Position numbers and translations under genes: made by a program. From a virus (taxonomy: Duplodnaviria > Heunggongvirae > Uroviricota > Caudoviricetes): a DNA stretch of 38,380 bases. This document shows, piece by piece, positions 10,711 to 20,024 of this stretch (within the stretch, counting starts at the first letter, position 1; the number at the start of each line of letters is the position of its first letter). The notes under the pieces were generated by a model. It had not been told where the DNA came from, did no database searches, and saw only the letters and a program-made list of their open reading frames with translations. The DNA lies in the IMG/VR virus record IMGVR_UViG_2713897056_000005; one strand, given 5' to 3'.

Positions 10711-10728
10711 TGTACCGTTATTCACACA
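10711..10728. promoter_or_regulatory. Candidate Ogr-dependent late promoter activator site (TGT-N12-ACA) upstream of FI
   Basis: tgtaccgttattcacaca: TGT, 12 nt, ACA; centre about 85 nt upstream of the FI start codon. Confidence 0.5.
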
Positions 10729-10776
10729 AAATGACGGTATTTGTCTACTTGCGGGGATAATCAAAATAATGCTGAT

Positions 10777-11349
10777 TCAGGGGGATTCATTGCTCTTATT
10801 TGCCGGAAATTTTCTATAAATTGTGGAAACACCCACATCAAAAATCAGTGCAATACGCTGTCTTGATTCTCCGGCCTCGAGTAAGCGCCCAATCTGTGCC
10901 CACTGTTCGGTGGTCAACTTAGGACGGCGTCCACCTACTCTGCCTTTATCACGAGCTGCAGCCAGCCCCGCCCTGGTACGTTCAACTATCAGTTCGCGTT
11001 CCATTTCTGCCAGGGCCCCCATGACATGAAAAAAGAAACGGCCCATTGGGGTGCTGGTATCAATACTGTCAGTCAGGCTTCGGAAATTCACGCCACGCTG
11101 GCGCAACTCTTCTATCAGCGTAACAAGATGCCGCATACTGCGCCCCAACCTGTCCAGCTTCCAGACGACCAGCGTGTCTCCTGCCGATAGTGTCCTGAGC
11201 AGTTTTTTCAGCCCCGGTCTGTCGGACTTAGTGCCACTGATTTTATCCTCAAAAATTCGCTCACATCCCGCGCAGTTCAGTGCATTACGTTGCAAATCGG
11301 TGTTCTGGTCATTTGTTGACACGCGTACATAGCCAATAAGCATGATCAT
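10777..11349 (-). CDS. Serine-recombinase DNA invertase (Gin/Cin/Pin/Hin family)
   Basis: MLIGYVRVSTNDQ N-terminal catalytic-serine motif, resolvase/invertase core, C-terminal helix-turn-helix (GVSTIYRKF); true start may be the third codon (11343). Confidence 0.85.
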   Translation of the reverse strand: MIMLIGYVRVSTNDQNTDLQRNALNCAGCERIFEDKISGTKSDRPGLKKLLRTLSAGDTLVVWKLDRLGRSMRHLVTLIEELRQRGVNFRSLTDSIDTSTPMGRFFFHVMGALAEMERELIVERTRAGLAAARDKGRVGGRRPKLTTEQWAQIGRLLEAGESRQRIALIFDVGVSTIYRKFPANKSNESP

Positions 11350-11408
11350 CCCCCTGAATAAAAACCGGAGATGATGCCAGTTAGCCGTAATCTCTGCATT
11401 TTCATAAA

Positions 11409-11424
11409 CGTTGGTTTGGGAGAA
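11409..11424. repeat. Inversion crossover site (invertase-proximal inverted repeat)
   Basis: cgttggtttgggagaa; reverse complement matches 13226..13241 at 15 of 16 positions; resembles gix/hix half-site pattern. Confidence 0.7.
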
Positions 11425-11760
11425 GCGGCAAAACGAAATGTGGGAACAGGGGAAAATCAGATACCAGATATGTCTGCATTCCCATCTGGCAAAAACTGGT
11501 TTCAGTTACCAAGTGGTCATATTGTCCAAATGTTTTCGATGAATGTTTATGGGGCGGACACTAACGGAACTACTGGTAATTTCCCTATTGCATTTCCTTC
11601 AGGTGCACTTGCTGTTAGTGCCTTATGGTCTGATGGCACATTAACGGCTGCTCCGACCTTTAAACTTATGGGGTACACGACAACAAGGACATCAGTAACC
11701 TTAAAAGTATCAACCGGAAATGGTTTGTATGGAACTATGATTATCGCAATAGGAAGATAA
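11425..11760 (+). CDS. Silent alternative tail-fibre C-terminal cassette (promoterless, fuses to the constant part of H after inversion)
   Basis: Frame begins inside the repeat with GLGE, then AAKRNVGTGENQ...; in-frame with H codons LGLGE at the other repeat, so inversion creates an in-frame fusion. Confidence 0.65.
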   Translation, partial: AAKRNVGTGENQIPDMSAFPSGKNWFQLPSGHIVQMFSMNVYGADTNGTTGNFPIAFPSGALAVSALWSDGTLTAAPTFKLMGYTTTRTSVTLKVSTGNGLYGTMIIAIGR

Positions 11761-11761
11761 T

Positions 11762-12205
11762 ATGAATCAATATATTTATTCCCCCTCGGAAAATGCATTT
11801 TATGCTGTTAATTTAAAAAATACTTATGAAGTAAATGGAACATGGCCCGCTGATGCATTAGATATTCCTGATAACATTTCTGTAAAATATATGGCGGAAC
11901 CGCCACAAGGGAAAATCCGAGTTGCAGGGGTAAATGGTTTTCCCACATGGGCTGAAATACCTCAACCATCACATGAAGAACTTATTCAACAGGCAGAATC
12001 AGAAAGACAATTATTGCTTAATCAGGCCAACGAACACATGAACAGTAAACAATGGCCTGGTAAAGCGGCTATTGGTCGTCTGAAAGGTGAGGAACTGGCG
12101 CAATATAATTTGTGGCTGGATTATCTGGACGCACTGGAGCTGGTCGATACTTCCGGTGCGCCAGATATTGAATGGCCTACGCCTCCGGCAGTTCAGGCCA
12201 GATGA
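11762..12205 (+). CDS. Alternative tail fibre assembly protein (silent orientation)
   Basis: 147 aa ORF directly after the alternative cassette; C-terminus (LWLDYLDALELVDTSGAPDIEWPTPP) parallels the active Tfa C-terminus (LDYIDAVTATDTSTAPDVIWPELP). Confidence 0.65.
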   Translation: MNQYIYSPSENAFYAVNLKNTYEVNGTWPADALDIPDNISVKYMAEPPQGKIRVAGVNGFPTWAEIPQPSHEELIQQAESERQLLLNQANEHMNSKQWPGKAAIGRLKGEELAQYNLWLDYLDALELVDTSGAPDIEWPTPPAVQAR

Positions 12206-12779
12206 CATCCGGCGCGGTGCTGGTATCTGTTGCCGTCACCGCGTCAATGTAATCCAGCATGGCGTTAAGTCGGGTTGTTTCTGCCTGCGTCAGTTTCCGT
12301 CCGGCCTGCAATTTCAACTGAATCAGACTAATGGAAGCCATTGCAGTATCAATCAGTGACTGACGTTGTGCTTCTGCCGCGTCTACTGCGGCGCTATGCT
12401 GTGCCTCGGTATCCGTCACCCATTTCTCACCATCCCATTTATCGTATGGCGTTAACGGGGCGATAGTGGTTGTTTTTTCGGGGTAATCACCCGGAGTTGT
12501 GATTTCTTTGGCGTCTCCCGTTTCGGTGTTATAGACAATTTCACCGCGATGGTCTGGCACATATTCCCATGAGTTTAAATCCATCGAACGGCAGATAGCA
12601 TAACCTGCCTTATGTGTGCCAGGGGCATCTAAACAGGAATATGCAGGGATACCGACACCAATGGCAAGATATTCATTTGAAGTGGAAATATATTCCCGTG
12701 TTTCGCCATCATAGTTATAGACGGTAATATTTCCCGCCTTTGTAGCAATAAACTCGCTATTTAATACAGCGTTATCCAT
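12177..12779 (-). CDS. G: Tail fibre assembly protein (gpG/Tfa family), active orientation
   Basis: 200 aa immediately downstream of H; start overlaps the H stop. Confidence 0.8.
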   Translation of the reverse strand: MDNAVLNSEFIATKAGNITVYNYDGETREYISTSNEYLAIGVGIPAYSCLDAPGTHKAGYAICRSMDLNSWEYVPDHRGEIVYNTETGDAKEITTPGDYPEKTTTIAPLTPYDKWDGEKWVTDTEAQHSAAVDAAEAQRQSLIDTAMASISLIQLKLQAGRKLTQAETTRLNAMLDYIDAVTATDTSTAPDVIWPELPEA

Positions 12780-14287
12780 TATGCAGCCCTCACGATATAG
12801 TTAAATGCAATATTCCGTGGGCGAGTATCGGCAGGAACGACATACATTTCACCAATTGCCCGCTCATTAGAGTTGTTCAGCAATAGGCTTGAGCCATTAC
12901 TGTCATGACCCGTAATTAAGATATCATTGGACAAAATAAGTGAGCCCGTACCTGCAGGAATACCATAAATTCCCATATCAAATTTAATATAACCAACACG
13001 CGCGCTCTGTGCAGACATAACGCTGCGACCAGTATCTACTGAACGACCGTCATCCCAGCCACGAATAAACTCACCGCGTAAATCAGGCAATTTATTTGTC
13101 GGGTAAGCCTTTGCCAGTTCCGGGTATTCTTCAGCAGAAAAAGCCGCACCGTTACATTTCAGCCAGCCAGTAGGCGGTGTTGCAGAAGGCCACGGAACAG
13201 GCACACCAACGGGTAATGCCGAACCTTCTCCCAAACCAAGGTATGTGAGAAGACCAGCTACATCCTTTCCACTCAAATTAGTCAGCGTATTGTCCAGCGG
13301 TTGTTTACCTGCCAGCGCATTAAGCATTGTCGTGGCAAAGTTCGGATCATTCCCCAGTGCCGCCGCCAGTTCGTTCAGTGTATCCAGTGCCGCAGGTGCA
13401 GAACCCACCATTCCTGCAATCGCCGATTTCACAAAAGCCGTAGTGGCAATCTGTGTATTATTGACCGACTGCGCCGCCGTAGGGGCTGTTGGCGTTCCGG
13501 TGAGTGCCGGACTCGACAGCGGCGCTTTCAGTGCCAGCGCATTGTTAATGGTGGTACTGAATTTCGGATCATTGTTAATGGCTACGGCTATTTCTTTCAG
13601 CGTGTCCAGCGTGGCTGGCGCACCATTAATAAGAGCCGTCAGTGCCGCCTGAACAAATGCGGTGGTCGCAATCTGCGTGGTGTTATTCCCCTCCGCTGGC
13701 GTTGGCGCTTTGGGTGTTCCGGTCAATGTCGGGCTTTCTTTGGGTGCATACTGTGAATGCGGGTCCGGTGCGGCAAGATGTTTTGCCATCTTATCATCCA
13801 CGAACACCTTCAGCTCCAGTACCTTGTCATCCACATACTTGCGGGTTGCCAGCACGACGGCAGGGTCGATTTTCAGGGTGATATTGTCCGTGCTGCTGGT
13901 AATCAGCACCATGCGCACGGTCTGGGTGCGCCCGCTGCCTTCAGCCAGTTGCGGCTTATAGCTTTCCGGGCAGTTGCCTACGGCAATCAATGCCCCGGAC
14001 TCATCAAACAGACCCACTTCACGTATCCACCAACCACCCTCATTTTCAGGGATCACCTGTTCAGCAATAATCTGGCTGCTGTTCTGCGGGTCGATATAGA
14101 GCATATTCAGCGCAGCCCGGCGTTTCTCATTTACCAGTGCCGTCTGCTTTGCGTCCGGCGCCGACAATGCTCCGCCGCCATCGCCCACCGCCATATGGGT
14201 AATTTTTAGCGGCACACCTAGCGCGGCGGCGCTGGCAAGTTTCGCCGCGCCAATATCCGTCAGCAGGGTATAAAATTTTGTGCTCAT
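12779..14287 (-). CDS. H: Tail fibre protein H (constant N-terminal about 354 aa plus current variable C-terminus)
   Basis: 502 aa; N-terminus MSTKFYTLLTDIGAAKLA resembles P2 gpH; contains internal crossover repeat. Confidence 0.85.
   Translation of the reverse strand: MSTKFYTLLTDIGAAKLASAAALGVPLKITHMAVGDGGGALSAPDAKQTALVNEKRRAALNMLYIDPQNSSQIIAEQVIPENEGGWWIREVGLFDESGALIAVGNCPESYKPQLAEGSGRTQTVRMVLITSSTDNITLKIDPAVVLATRKYVDDKVLELKVFVDDKMAKHLAAPDPHSQYAPKESPTLTGTPKAPTPAEGNNTTQIATTAFVQAALTALINGAPATLDTLKEIAVAINNDPKFSTTINNALALKAPLSSPALTGTPTAPTAAQSVNNTQIATTAFVKSAIAGMVGSAPAALDTLNELAAALGNDPNFATTMLNALAGKQPLDNTLTNLSGKDVAGLLTYLGLGEGSALPVGVPVPWPSATPPTGWLKCNGAAFSAEEYPELAKAYPTNKLPDLRGEFIRGWDDGRSVDTGRSVMSAQSARVGYIKFDMGIYGIPAGTGSLILSNDILITGHDSNGSSLLLNNSNERAIGEMYVVPADTRPRNIAFNYIVRAA
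13226..13241. repeat. Inversion crossover site inside gene H (encodes LGLGE)
   Basis: ttctcccaaaccaagg; inverted copy of 11409..11424. Confidence 0.7.
13304..13729. repeat. Diverged tandem duplication of about 225 bp inside H
   Basis: Protein shows two copies of a roughly 70 aa unit (NNTQIATTAFV...LDTL.E.A.A...DP.F.TT..NALA.K); coordinates approximate. Confidence 0.4.
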
Positions 14288-14889
14288 GGATTCACTCTCA
14301 TTGTGTCAATAACATGGACCGCCCCGCCTTCATGCGCGGTGCCGCCGGAAATAATTGTTTCGTTGATATACGGATAGATCGTGATTTCTTCGCCAAGATA
14401 ACTGGCGGCTCCCACCCAATGCGAACCGCTGGTCTGCAGATTGATGGACATGCCGATCATGTGACGGCTACATGGTTTGGCATCGCTTATCAGTCGCTCA
14501 AGTTCCAGATAGGTATCTTCAGTGATGCCCTGGTCCTGCACACCAATGTCCAGACGAAACGTGCCCGGTGTTTCTCCGGTCTGCCACCACTCAATAATGC
14601 GGATCAGGAAGCCGAACGGCTCCACCACCCGCCGTACGGCACTGGTGGTTCCTTTGTGCTGATGAATATAAAAAGCATCCTTCACTACCTGGCGTTTGAC
14701 GCTTTCTGTCCAGCCCTCGTCCCAGCGATCCACAGAGAACGCCCAGGCGAGATAAGGCAGGAAACTGACCGGACAGGTTGCCGGATTCCACAAGTCACGC
14801 AGTGACACCTGCAGATCAGAAATCCCGCTACAGGTTTGCGCCAGTCGGCGCTCCAGTGGCGTTGAACCCGGTGGCAGCAGACTATTCAT
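14284..14889 (-). CDS. I: Baseplate assembly protein I
   Basis: 201 aa; between J and H; stop abuts the H start. Confidence 0.8.
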   Translation of the reverse strand: MNSLLPPGSTPLERRLAQTCSGISDLQVSLRDLWNPATCPVSFLPYLAWAFSVDRWDEGWTESVKRQVVKDAFYIHQHKGTTSAVRRVVEPFGFLIRIIEWWQTGETPGTFRLDIGVQDQGITEDTYLELERLISDAKPCSRHMIGMSINLQTSGSHWVGAASYLGEEITIYPYINETIISGGTAHEGGAVHVIDTMRVNP

Positions 14890-15790
14890 CCGTTCCCCCG
14901 TTGGTCACGCTCCACTGCGTACATGATGCCGCCTGCGTTTTGTTCAGGACCACATCAGCCAGCGGTGAAGCCAGCTCCACACGTTGAACACCCTCAACAT
15001 GCAGCGCGGCAAAAATAGCACTACGGCGAATATCCCGACCGAGCCGCGTCTGACTGGCGATGTACCTCTGCAGGCTGACTTTTGCCGCTGCCATTACCGG
15101 CTCTGCTTCCGGTCCCGGATAAAGAAAAATGGTAGCTTCCACACGGTACGGGATGATTTCTGCGCTGCGAACCGTCAGACGGTCAGCCACCGGGCGGACG
15201 TTCTCACTGTTCAGGGCTTTCTCCACCACATCCAGCAAGTCTTTTTCTGCTGTTCCGTCGCCTTCACGACTCAGGACAGTCAGTACCACCTCTGCAGGTG
15301 CCGGACTGGTTGCACTGGCATCCGCCACCCGACCGTCGGCGCTTCGGGCATGAAATTCATAAGCGGCAGTTGGCCCCGCAACAGAAAGCCCTTCAAAGGC
15401 TGCAGGCACACGCAGGCGTAACGCTTCATCGCTTTCCATCACAGCCGCAACGGGTGGCACAGCGTCATTATCAGCAGGCGTCACCGTCAGGCGTTTCACG
15501 TTGTAGTTGGCAGCGAGCTGGTCAAGATCGCCGCCCATCGCGTAAGCCACCATCACAGCCTGCGCGGCTTCGTTAATGCGCTGGCGCAGAAGCAACTCAC
15601 GGTAAGCGTTCTCCTGCAGCAATTTGGTGACGGGTTCAGATTCCAGTTCCAGCGTGCGGATCACGGCTTCCTGCTCATCTTTCGGATGAAGCACCACAAA
15701 TTCGGCCTTGCGTTCGGCAAGCAGCGTCTCAAAGTCCGGCACATCGACAATCTGCGGCGCAGGCAACTGCGAAAGGTCAATCACTGCCAT
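14882..15790 (-). CDS. J: Baseplate assembly protein J
   Basis: Start set at MAVIDLSQLP (internal Met of the longer ORF), giving about 302 aa as in P2 gpJ. Confidence 0.8.
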   Translation of the reverse strand: MAVIDLSQLPAPQIVDVPDFETLLAERKAEFVVLHPKDEQEAVIRTLELESEPVTKLLQENAYRELLLRQRINEAAQAVMVAYAMGGDLDQLAANYNVKRLTVTPADNDAVPPVAAVMESDEALRLRVPAAFEGLSVAGPTAAYEFHARSADGRVADASATSPAPAEVVLTVLSREGDGTAEKDLLDVVEKALNSENVRPVADRLTVRSAEIIPYRVEATIFLYPGPEAEPVMAAAKVSLQRYIASQTRLGRDIRRSAIFAALHVEGVQRVELASPLADVVLNKTQAASCTQWSVTNGGTDE

Positions 15791-16136
15791 TCTCTGCTCC
15801 TGTTGATACGGAAAGGGAAACAGGCACACCGTTATTACGCCGCCCGGTCAGCCCCACCACCATTGAACCGTCAAAATTGCTGTTGATGGTGATGGAATCC
15901 AGCGTCAGCCGTGGCTCCCAGCGACTCAGCGCCACATACACTGCCGACATGACCTGCAGGCGTAATGCCGGATTTTGTGGCTGGTCTATCAGTGTCGACA
16001 GCAGGGAACCATATTCACGACGGGCAATGCGGCAACCCTGCGGTGTCAGCAGAATGTCCCGCACCGACTGACGCAGATGGTCAATATCAGTAATGGCTTT
16101 ACCGCTGGTATTGTTCATCCCGATATAAAGCGTCAT
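15777..16136 (-). CDS. W: Baseplate protein W
   Basis: 119 aa; gpW size and position between V and J. Confidence 0.8.
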   Translation of the reverse strand: MTLYIGMNNTSGKAITDIDHLRQSVRDILLTPQGCRIARREYGSLLSTLIDQPQNPALRLQVMSAVYVALSRWEPRLTLDSITINSNFDGSMVVGLTGRRNNGVPVSLSVSTGAENGSD

Positions 16137-16711
16137 ACCGGGCCTCCGGTTGTATCGCCGCCTTTCAGGACGCCAGTATGCTGATGCGCATCAACCACGA
16201 TCCCGTTAGAACTCATCGCTCCGCCGCCCTGGATAACGCCACCATTGATCACCACTTCGCTGTTAATGCGCGTGCGGTCAGCCTCCAGTACAAACTCACT
16301 GGTTTTCATAGTGATGTTGTCAGCGGCCTCAATGACCATTGATTTGATGCCCCTGACATACCAGCGCCCGGTGGCGGGTTCGTATTCAAACCAGCCACCG
16401 TCAGGATGTTCTGTCACGCAGGCGTCCGCCGACGTCGACGGTGGTGCGAACTGATTCGAATAGACAGCGGGCAGCGCAAAGGCGGTTTCCAGATTGCCGC
16501 CCAGACTCAGCAGCACCACCTGCTCACCTTCCGATGGTCGCCACCATGTGCGGGCATTCCCGGCACGCAGCGTCAGCCAGCTAATCCAGTTGGTTTCAAG
16601 CTCGCCCGTTTTCACCCGGCAAAGCCAGTTTTCCCTGTCCACTTCGGTGACTACCCCTGTGCGAATCAGGTTGGTGATAAGGCGCATGATTTCGGTTAAT
16701 TGTGCGTTCAT
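16133..16711 (-). CDS. V: Baseplate spike/assembly protein V
   Basis: 192 aa; P2 gpV position. Confidence 0.8.
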   Translation of the reverse strand: MNAQLTEIMRLITNLIRTGVVTEVDRENWLCRVKTGELETNWISWLTLRAGNARTWWRPSEGEQVVLLSLGGNLETAFALPAVYSNQFAPPSTSADACVTEHPDGGWFEYEPATGRWYVRGIKSMVIEAADNITMKTSEFVLEADRTRINSEVVINGGVIQGGGAMSSNGIVVDAHQHTGVLKGGDTTGGPV

Positions 16712-16757
16712 AGGGAAAGGTTGCCATCAGGGGAAGAAAGGCGGCAGTGCTGCAACT

Positions 16758-16775
16758 TGTATCAGTGCTGATACA
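16758..16775. promoter_or_regulatory. Candidate Ogr-dependent late promoter site (TGT-N12-ACA) upstream of V
   Basis: tgtatcagtgctgataca, a near-perfect dyad, in the S-V intergenic gap; spacing to the annotated V start is short, so V start or site role is uncertain. Confidence 0.4.
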
Positions 16776-16779
16776 AAGA

Positions 16780-17226
16780 TCATCCCGCCAGCCATTGCAG
16801 AATCATGTCGCGGGTCATTGCCTCAACATCATCATTTACACCCAGCAGGCGGCGCTCTGCATAGCGGACCTCCGGTCCTTTGCGACTGACGCGATCGCGC
16901 AGGCCGTAATGGTGAACACGGGCAATACGCTGCACCTTACCTTCAAACTGTACGCTGGCAGAATCAGAGCTGGCGGCAGTTCTCAGGTATTTTGTGGTGC
17001 GCAGCTTTGTAAACATCTGACGTTTGATACGGCCTTTTTTACTGCGTGCTGTTACTCGCCTCGGTTCATAGCGGCTGCCATCAGGATTGCGTTGCATCCT
17101 GATGTTCTGCCGCTGTGTCCGGCGCAGTTCCTGTGCCAGCTGGCGCATCATTCGGCTTCTTGCGGCTGGCTCCAGATTCGCCAGCAAGGCACTCAGCCAG
17201 TCGTCAACTTTCTGCAGTTCAGCCAC
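16780..17226 (-). CDS. S: Tail completion protein S
   Basis: 148 aa; order R-S-V as in P2. Confidence 0.8.
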   Translation of the reverse strand: MAELQKVDDWLSALLANLEPAARSRMMRQLAQELRRTQRQNIRMQRNPDGSRYEPRRVTARSKKGRIKRQMFTKLRTTKYLRTAASSDSASVQFEGKVQRIARVHHYGLRDRVSRKGPEVRYAERRLLGVNDDVEAMTRDMILQWLAG

Positions 17227-17671
17227 GTTTCACCGTCCACATTTCTTCAGGTTCATCAGGTTCCGCTACCGCTTCAACACTCGACACACTGCCGTCAGTG
17301 CTGACCAGCACACGCTCCGTCAGTTGCAGGTTCAGGCTGATATCACAGACATCATTGCGCAGAATATCCACCTCAAAGGTGAATAGCTTTTCCCGTAACG
17401 CCGGGTTCTTGATGGCATCGGGCTGGTTATCCCGCAGCCACAGCAAAACCGGGGCCATCAGCAGATTCTGGTCGCCGCTGAAATCCTCAATCACCGCGTT
17501 CAGGGTGTAACGGTACTCCCACGACATGGAGCTGGCCCCCGTGGCAACCAGCGAACCGTTATCCACAAACAGATGCAGTTTGTCCGGGTTATTGCGGACA
17601 TAAGGCACCGCTTTATTGAGGGCGTGGCGCAGGGATTGTGGTTTGTTCACTGTTTCGCTCCTGACACGCAA
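17219..17671 (-). CDS. R: Tail completion protein R
   Basis: 150 aa; follows lysis cassette. Confidence 0.8.
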   Translation of the reverse strand: MRVRSETVNKPQSLRHALNKAVPYVRNNPDKLHLFVDNGSLVATGASSMSWEYRYTLNAVIEDFSGDQNLLMAPVLLWLRDNQPDAIKNPALREKLFTFEVDILRNDVCDISLNLQLTERVLVSTDGSVSSVEAVAEPDEPEEMWTVKRG

Positions 17672-17903
17672 TAATCATGTCCACTTTGTCTGCACAGACC
17701 GCCCAGGCGGCCTCCGTTTCATCCAGCAATGCGTTCAGATCACCGTTAGTGCGCGGCGCTGTCTGATCCAGCCGACACGGCGTCACTCGCGGACAACCAC
17801 TGACGGTAAGCTGCACCTCCGGTGAGTGCCGGACGTTCCCGCAGCCGGATAATGTCAGCAGGCAAAGGAGTATCAGCCCAGTGGCGTAAATCCTCGTTCT
17901 CAC
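17613..17903 (-). CDS. lysC: LysC, Rz1-like outer-membrane spanin lipoprotein (embedded, alternate frame)
   Basis: Signal peptide with lipobox LSGC; ORF begins inside lysB in another frame and runs into R, as in P2 lysC. Confidence 0.6.
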   Translation of the reverse strand: MRTRIYATGLILLCLLTLSGCGNVRHSPEVQLTVSGCPRVTPCRLDQTAPRTNGDLNALLDETEAAWAVCADKVDMIIACQERNSEQTTIPAPRPQ

Positions 17904-18174
17904 GTTTCAGTTCCTCGATCCGGCGTTGTCGTTGTCTCAGCTGTGCGCTGGTCTGTTCTGCTTCGGCATAGAGCCGCGCCTGCTCCCGGTTATTGGTTTC
18001 AGTCAGAATGGACAGGCTGATAAGCTGGCTGTTGCTCTTTGCCAGTGCCTGGCTTTTGCTCTGCAGCTCGTTTGCCTGCGTGCTGATGGTCTGGCTGGCA
18101 TCAGCCAGCCGCCACGTCTGCCAGCCCAGCGCCGCCAGTAATAACGCCAGCACAACCAGCAGCAACCGGTTCAT
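17746..18174 (-). CDS. lysB: LysB, Rz-like inner-membrane spanin
   Basis: 142 aa; N-terminal TM helix then coiled-coil. Confidence 0.7.
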   Translation of the reverse strand: MNRLLLVVLALLLAALGWQTWRLADASQTISTQANELQSKSQALAKSNSQLISLSILTETNNREQARLYAEAEQTSAQLRQRQRRIEELKRENEDLRHWADTPLPADIIRLRERPALTGGAAYRQWLSASDAVSAGSDSAAH

Positions 18175-18548
18175 GCTGCTACCTGTTGCGCCATCTGATT
18201 ACGGGTGATCCAGAAGGCAATAACGGTCAGTAGATAAAAGACCAGGGTAATAGCCCACCCCGTCCATGCGAGACTTACAACAATCAGCAATCGCATCACC
18301 CAACTGATAAATACGTTTTCTTTTCGGGTAATTGTCTTCAGCAAAGATGCCCTTAACTCCTGCCAGAGCGGGCCATTCTGAATTAACGCAGCCAGTGCTA
18401 CCGGAATTACCGCCCATGTCAGCAAACAGGCTACCCAAACGCCGGACGCTGCCAGTACCGGAAAGATCCCCTGCGGATACACCATTGCTGCGATTAACAG
18501 CGCCATCCATAACATCAGAAACAGTCCGCTGATTAATTTCTTTTTCAT
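18171..18548 (-). CDS. lysA: LysA membrane protein (lysis timing)
   Basis: Multi-TM small protein after endolysin; start set at MKKKLISGLF. Confidence 0.6.
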   Translation of the reverse strand: MKKKLISGLFLMLWMALLIAAMVYPQGIFPVLAASGVWVACLLTWAVIPVALAALIQNGPLWQELRASLLKTITRKENVFISWVMRLLIVVSLAWTGWAITLVFYLLTVIAFWITRNQMAQQVAA

Positions 18549-18549
18549 T

Positions 18550-19062
18550 TCAGTTTGCTCCCTGTAAACACCAGGCCATCTCCCGCGCACGGCGGTTATC
18601 CAGCCCCTGATTAAACACACCTTTTACATAAACCCAGCGCGGCAACTGTCGGCACGCATCCGCCCAGCGCCGCTGATTGAGCAATTTCACCAGCGTGGAA
18701 CTACAGGCATTGCCCGTCCCCACGTTGAAGGCAAACGACACCGTAGCGTCATACACCTTCTGTGGTGGCTGTTGCTTCACACACCTTTCCAGTGCCCGCT
18801 CCACACGCAGCACGTTGGAGATCAGCCCTTCTGCTGCCTGTCGTTCCGTGATTGTTTTGCCGGGAATGACGCCCGATGTATTACCAATGCCGTCGGTCCA
18901 GACACCCGCGCTGCACTGATACGGCTGCAGACGACAGCCCTCGTAATCGGCAATCAGTTTCAGCCCCTCCACGGAGGTGTGAAGCTGCTGAAAACCCGGC
19001 AGCGTGGCAGCAATAGCCAGCACGGCCCCGACAAGGCAGCGTTTAACGATTGATGGATTCAT
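18550..19062 (-). CDS. K: Endolysin (lysozyme family), gpK
   Basis: 170 aa; N-terminal signal/anchor-like segment; gpK position after holin. Confidence 0.8.
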   Translation of the reverse strand: MNPSIVKRCLVGAVLAIAATLPGFQQLHTSVEGLKLIADYEGCRLQPYQCSAGVWTDGIGNTSGVIPGKTITERQAAEGLISNVLRVERALERCVKQQPPQKVYDATVSFAFNVGTGNACSSTLVKLLNQRRWADACRQLPRWVYVKGVFNQGLDNRRAREMAWCLQGAN

Positions 19063-19258
19063 AGTCCTCCCGCGAGATCTGCCCGTCGCGCAGAAGCTGG
19101 TAGGCTTTGTGTTTGTAGTACCAGTTGATAGCCAGCATCAGCACACCGATCATCAGGCCGCCCAGCGTTGAGGCATCCTTGATGGACAAATCGCCCAGCC
19201 AGGCCAGCACGACGGCGATGCAATACGTGATAAAGGCGCTGATTCGCTCAAGCGTCAT
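19043..19258 (-). CDS. Y: Holin (gpY-like)
   Basis: 71 aa, two hydrophobic helices and charged C-terminus, immediately upstream of endolysin. Confidence 0.65.
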   Translation of the reverse strand: MTLERISAFITYCIAVVLAWLGDLSIKDASTLGGLMIGVLMLAINWYYKHKAYQLLRDGQISREDYESINR

Positions 19259-19261
19259 AAT

Positions 19262-19465
19262 TCAGTCCCATAGCTGGACGGTCTGCACGGTGGTGGTGGT
19301 CGGAATGTCCGGCAGCTCCACCTGCAGCCCTTGAGGTAAAAAGGGGCCGTATTCGGCAAGCCCCGGATTTGCCTTCAGTACCTGCTCCGTGACACCCTGC
19401 GTGCGCCCGTAATGACGCCAGCAAAGCGCGTCCACCGTGTCATACTGATGCGCACGCACTTTCAT
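19262..19465 (-). CDS. X: Tail protein X
   Basis: 67 aa; P2 gpX size and position. Confidence 0.75.
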   Translation of the reverse strand: MKVRAHQYDTVDALCWRHYGRTQGVTEQVLKANPGLAEYGPFLPQGLQVELPDIPTTTTVQTVQLWD

Positions 19466-19929
19466 CAGATAAGCTCCACAGTGCAGTGCGGCGCATCCTG
19501 TACCCGGCTGATGGCCCAGCGGGCGTCACGCCATAAATCACCGCTGGCTTCCGCCAGTTCCTCGCCCCGCTTCACACCGGATGCCGTGGCGTCATAGTCC
19601 TGGTAACGTTCGTTGAGCATGGCGCGTGCCCAGCAGTAAACCGCGTTGAAATAGTGCTGAATGCGCTCACTTTTCCCATCCAGCTGTTCTGCCGGAACCT
19701 CTGCCAGCGAGGCATATCCCAGCATCTGCTGGCGTCTGCGAAACTCATACAGCTCTGCGTTGACCTCCGAAATTGCCGACAGGGCAACCTGTTTTAAACG
19801 CGGCTGCGTTACCGTGCCGTCAGTGCGCATCACACTGCGAAACTCCGACAGGTCCACATCAGGCCAGAACGGCGTATTTCTGATGATTTCCGCCTGTTCC
19901 GGTGCCTGTTCTGGCGCAACAAACATCAT
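19465..19929 (-). CDS. L: Capsid completion protein L
   Basis: Start set at MMFVAPEQ; resembles P2 gpL including the WRDxRWA motif near the C-terminus. Confidence 0.8.
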   Translation of the reverse strand: MMFVAPEQAPEQAEIIRNTPFWPDVDLSEFRSVMRTDGTVTQPRLKQVALSAISEVNAELYEFRRRQQMLGYASLAEVPAEQLDGKSERIQHYFNAVYCWARAMLNERYQDYDATASGVKRGEELAEASGDLWRDARWAISRVQDAPHCTVELI

Positions 19930-20024
19930 GCGGCTTTCTCCTGAAATAGAGGGCGGTGGACGGGGTTTTGATGTGGCAGTGCCTTTCGCCACCCCGTGCC
20001 GCCCGTGCGCGGGGGCACGTTCTG

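Larger units (their letters stand above)
11409..13241. other. Invertible tail-fibre host-range segment (G/C/P-segment analogue)
   Basis: Bounded by the two inverted repeats; contains two convergent variable tail-fibre C-terminus plus assembly-chaperone cassettes; invertase gene immediately outside. Confidence 0.7.

Noticed and set aside
10777-11349. Invertase as part of a transposon or integron
   Set aside because: No transposase, terminal inverted repeats or attC sites; context and inverted repeats fit a phage tail-fibre invertase system.
13245-14209. Several 80 to 150 aa plus-strand ORFs within gene H
   Set aside because: Antisense to tail-fibre gene H, Arg/Cys-rich nonsense-like translations, no ribosome-binding sites.
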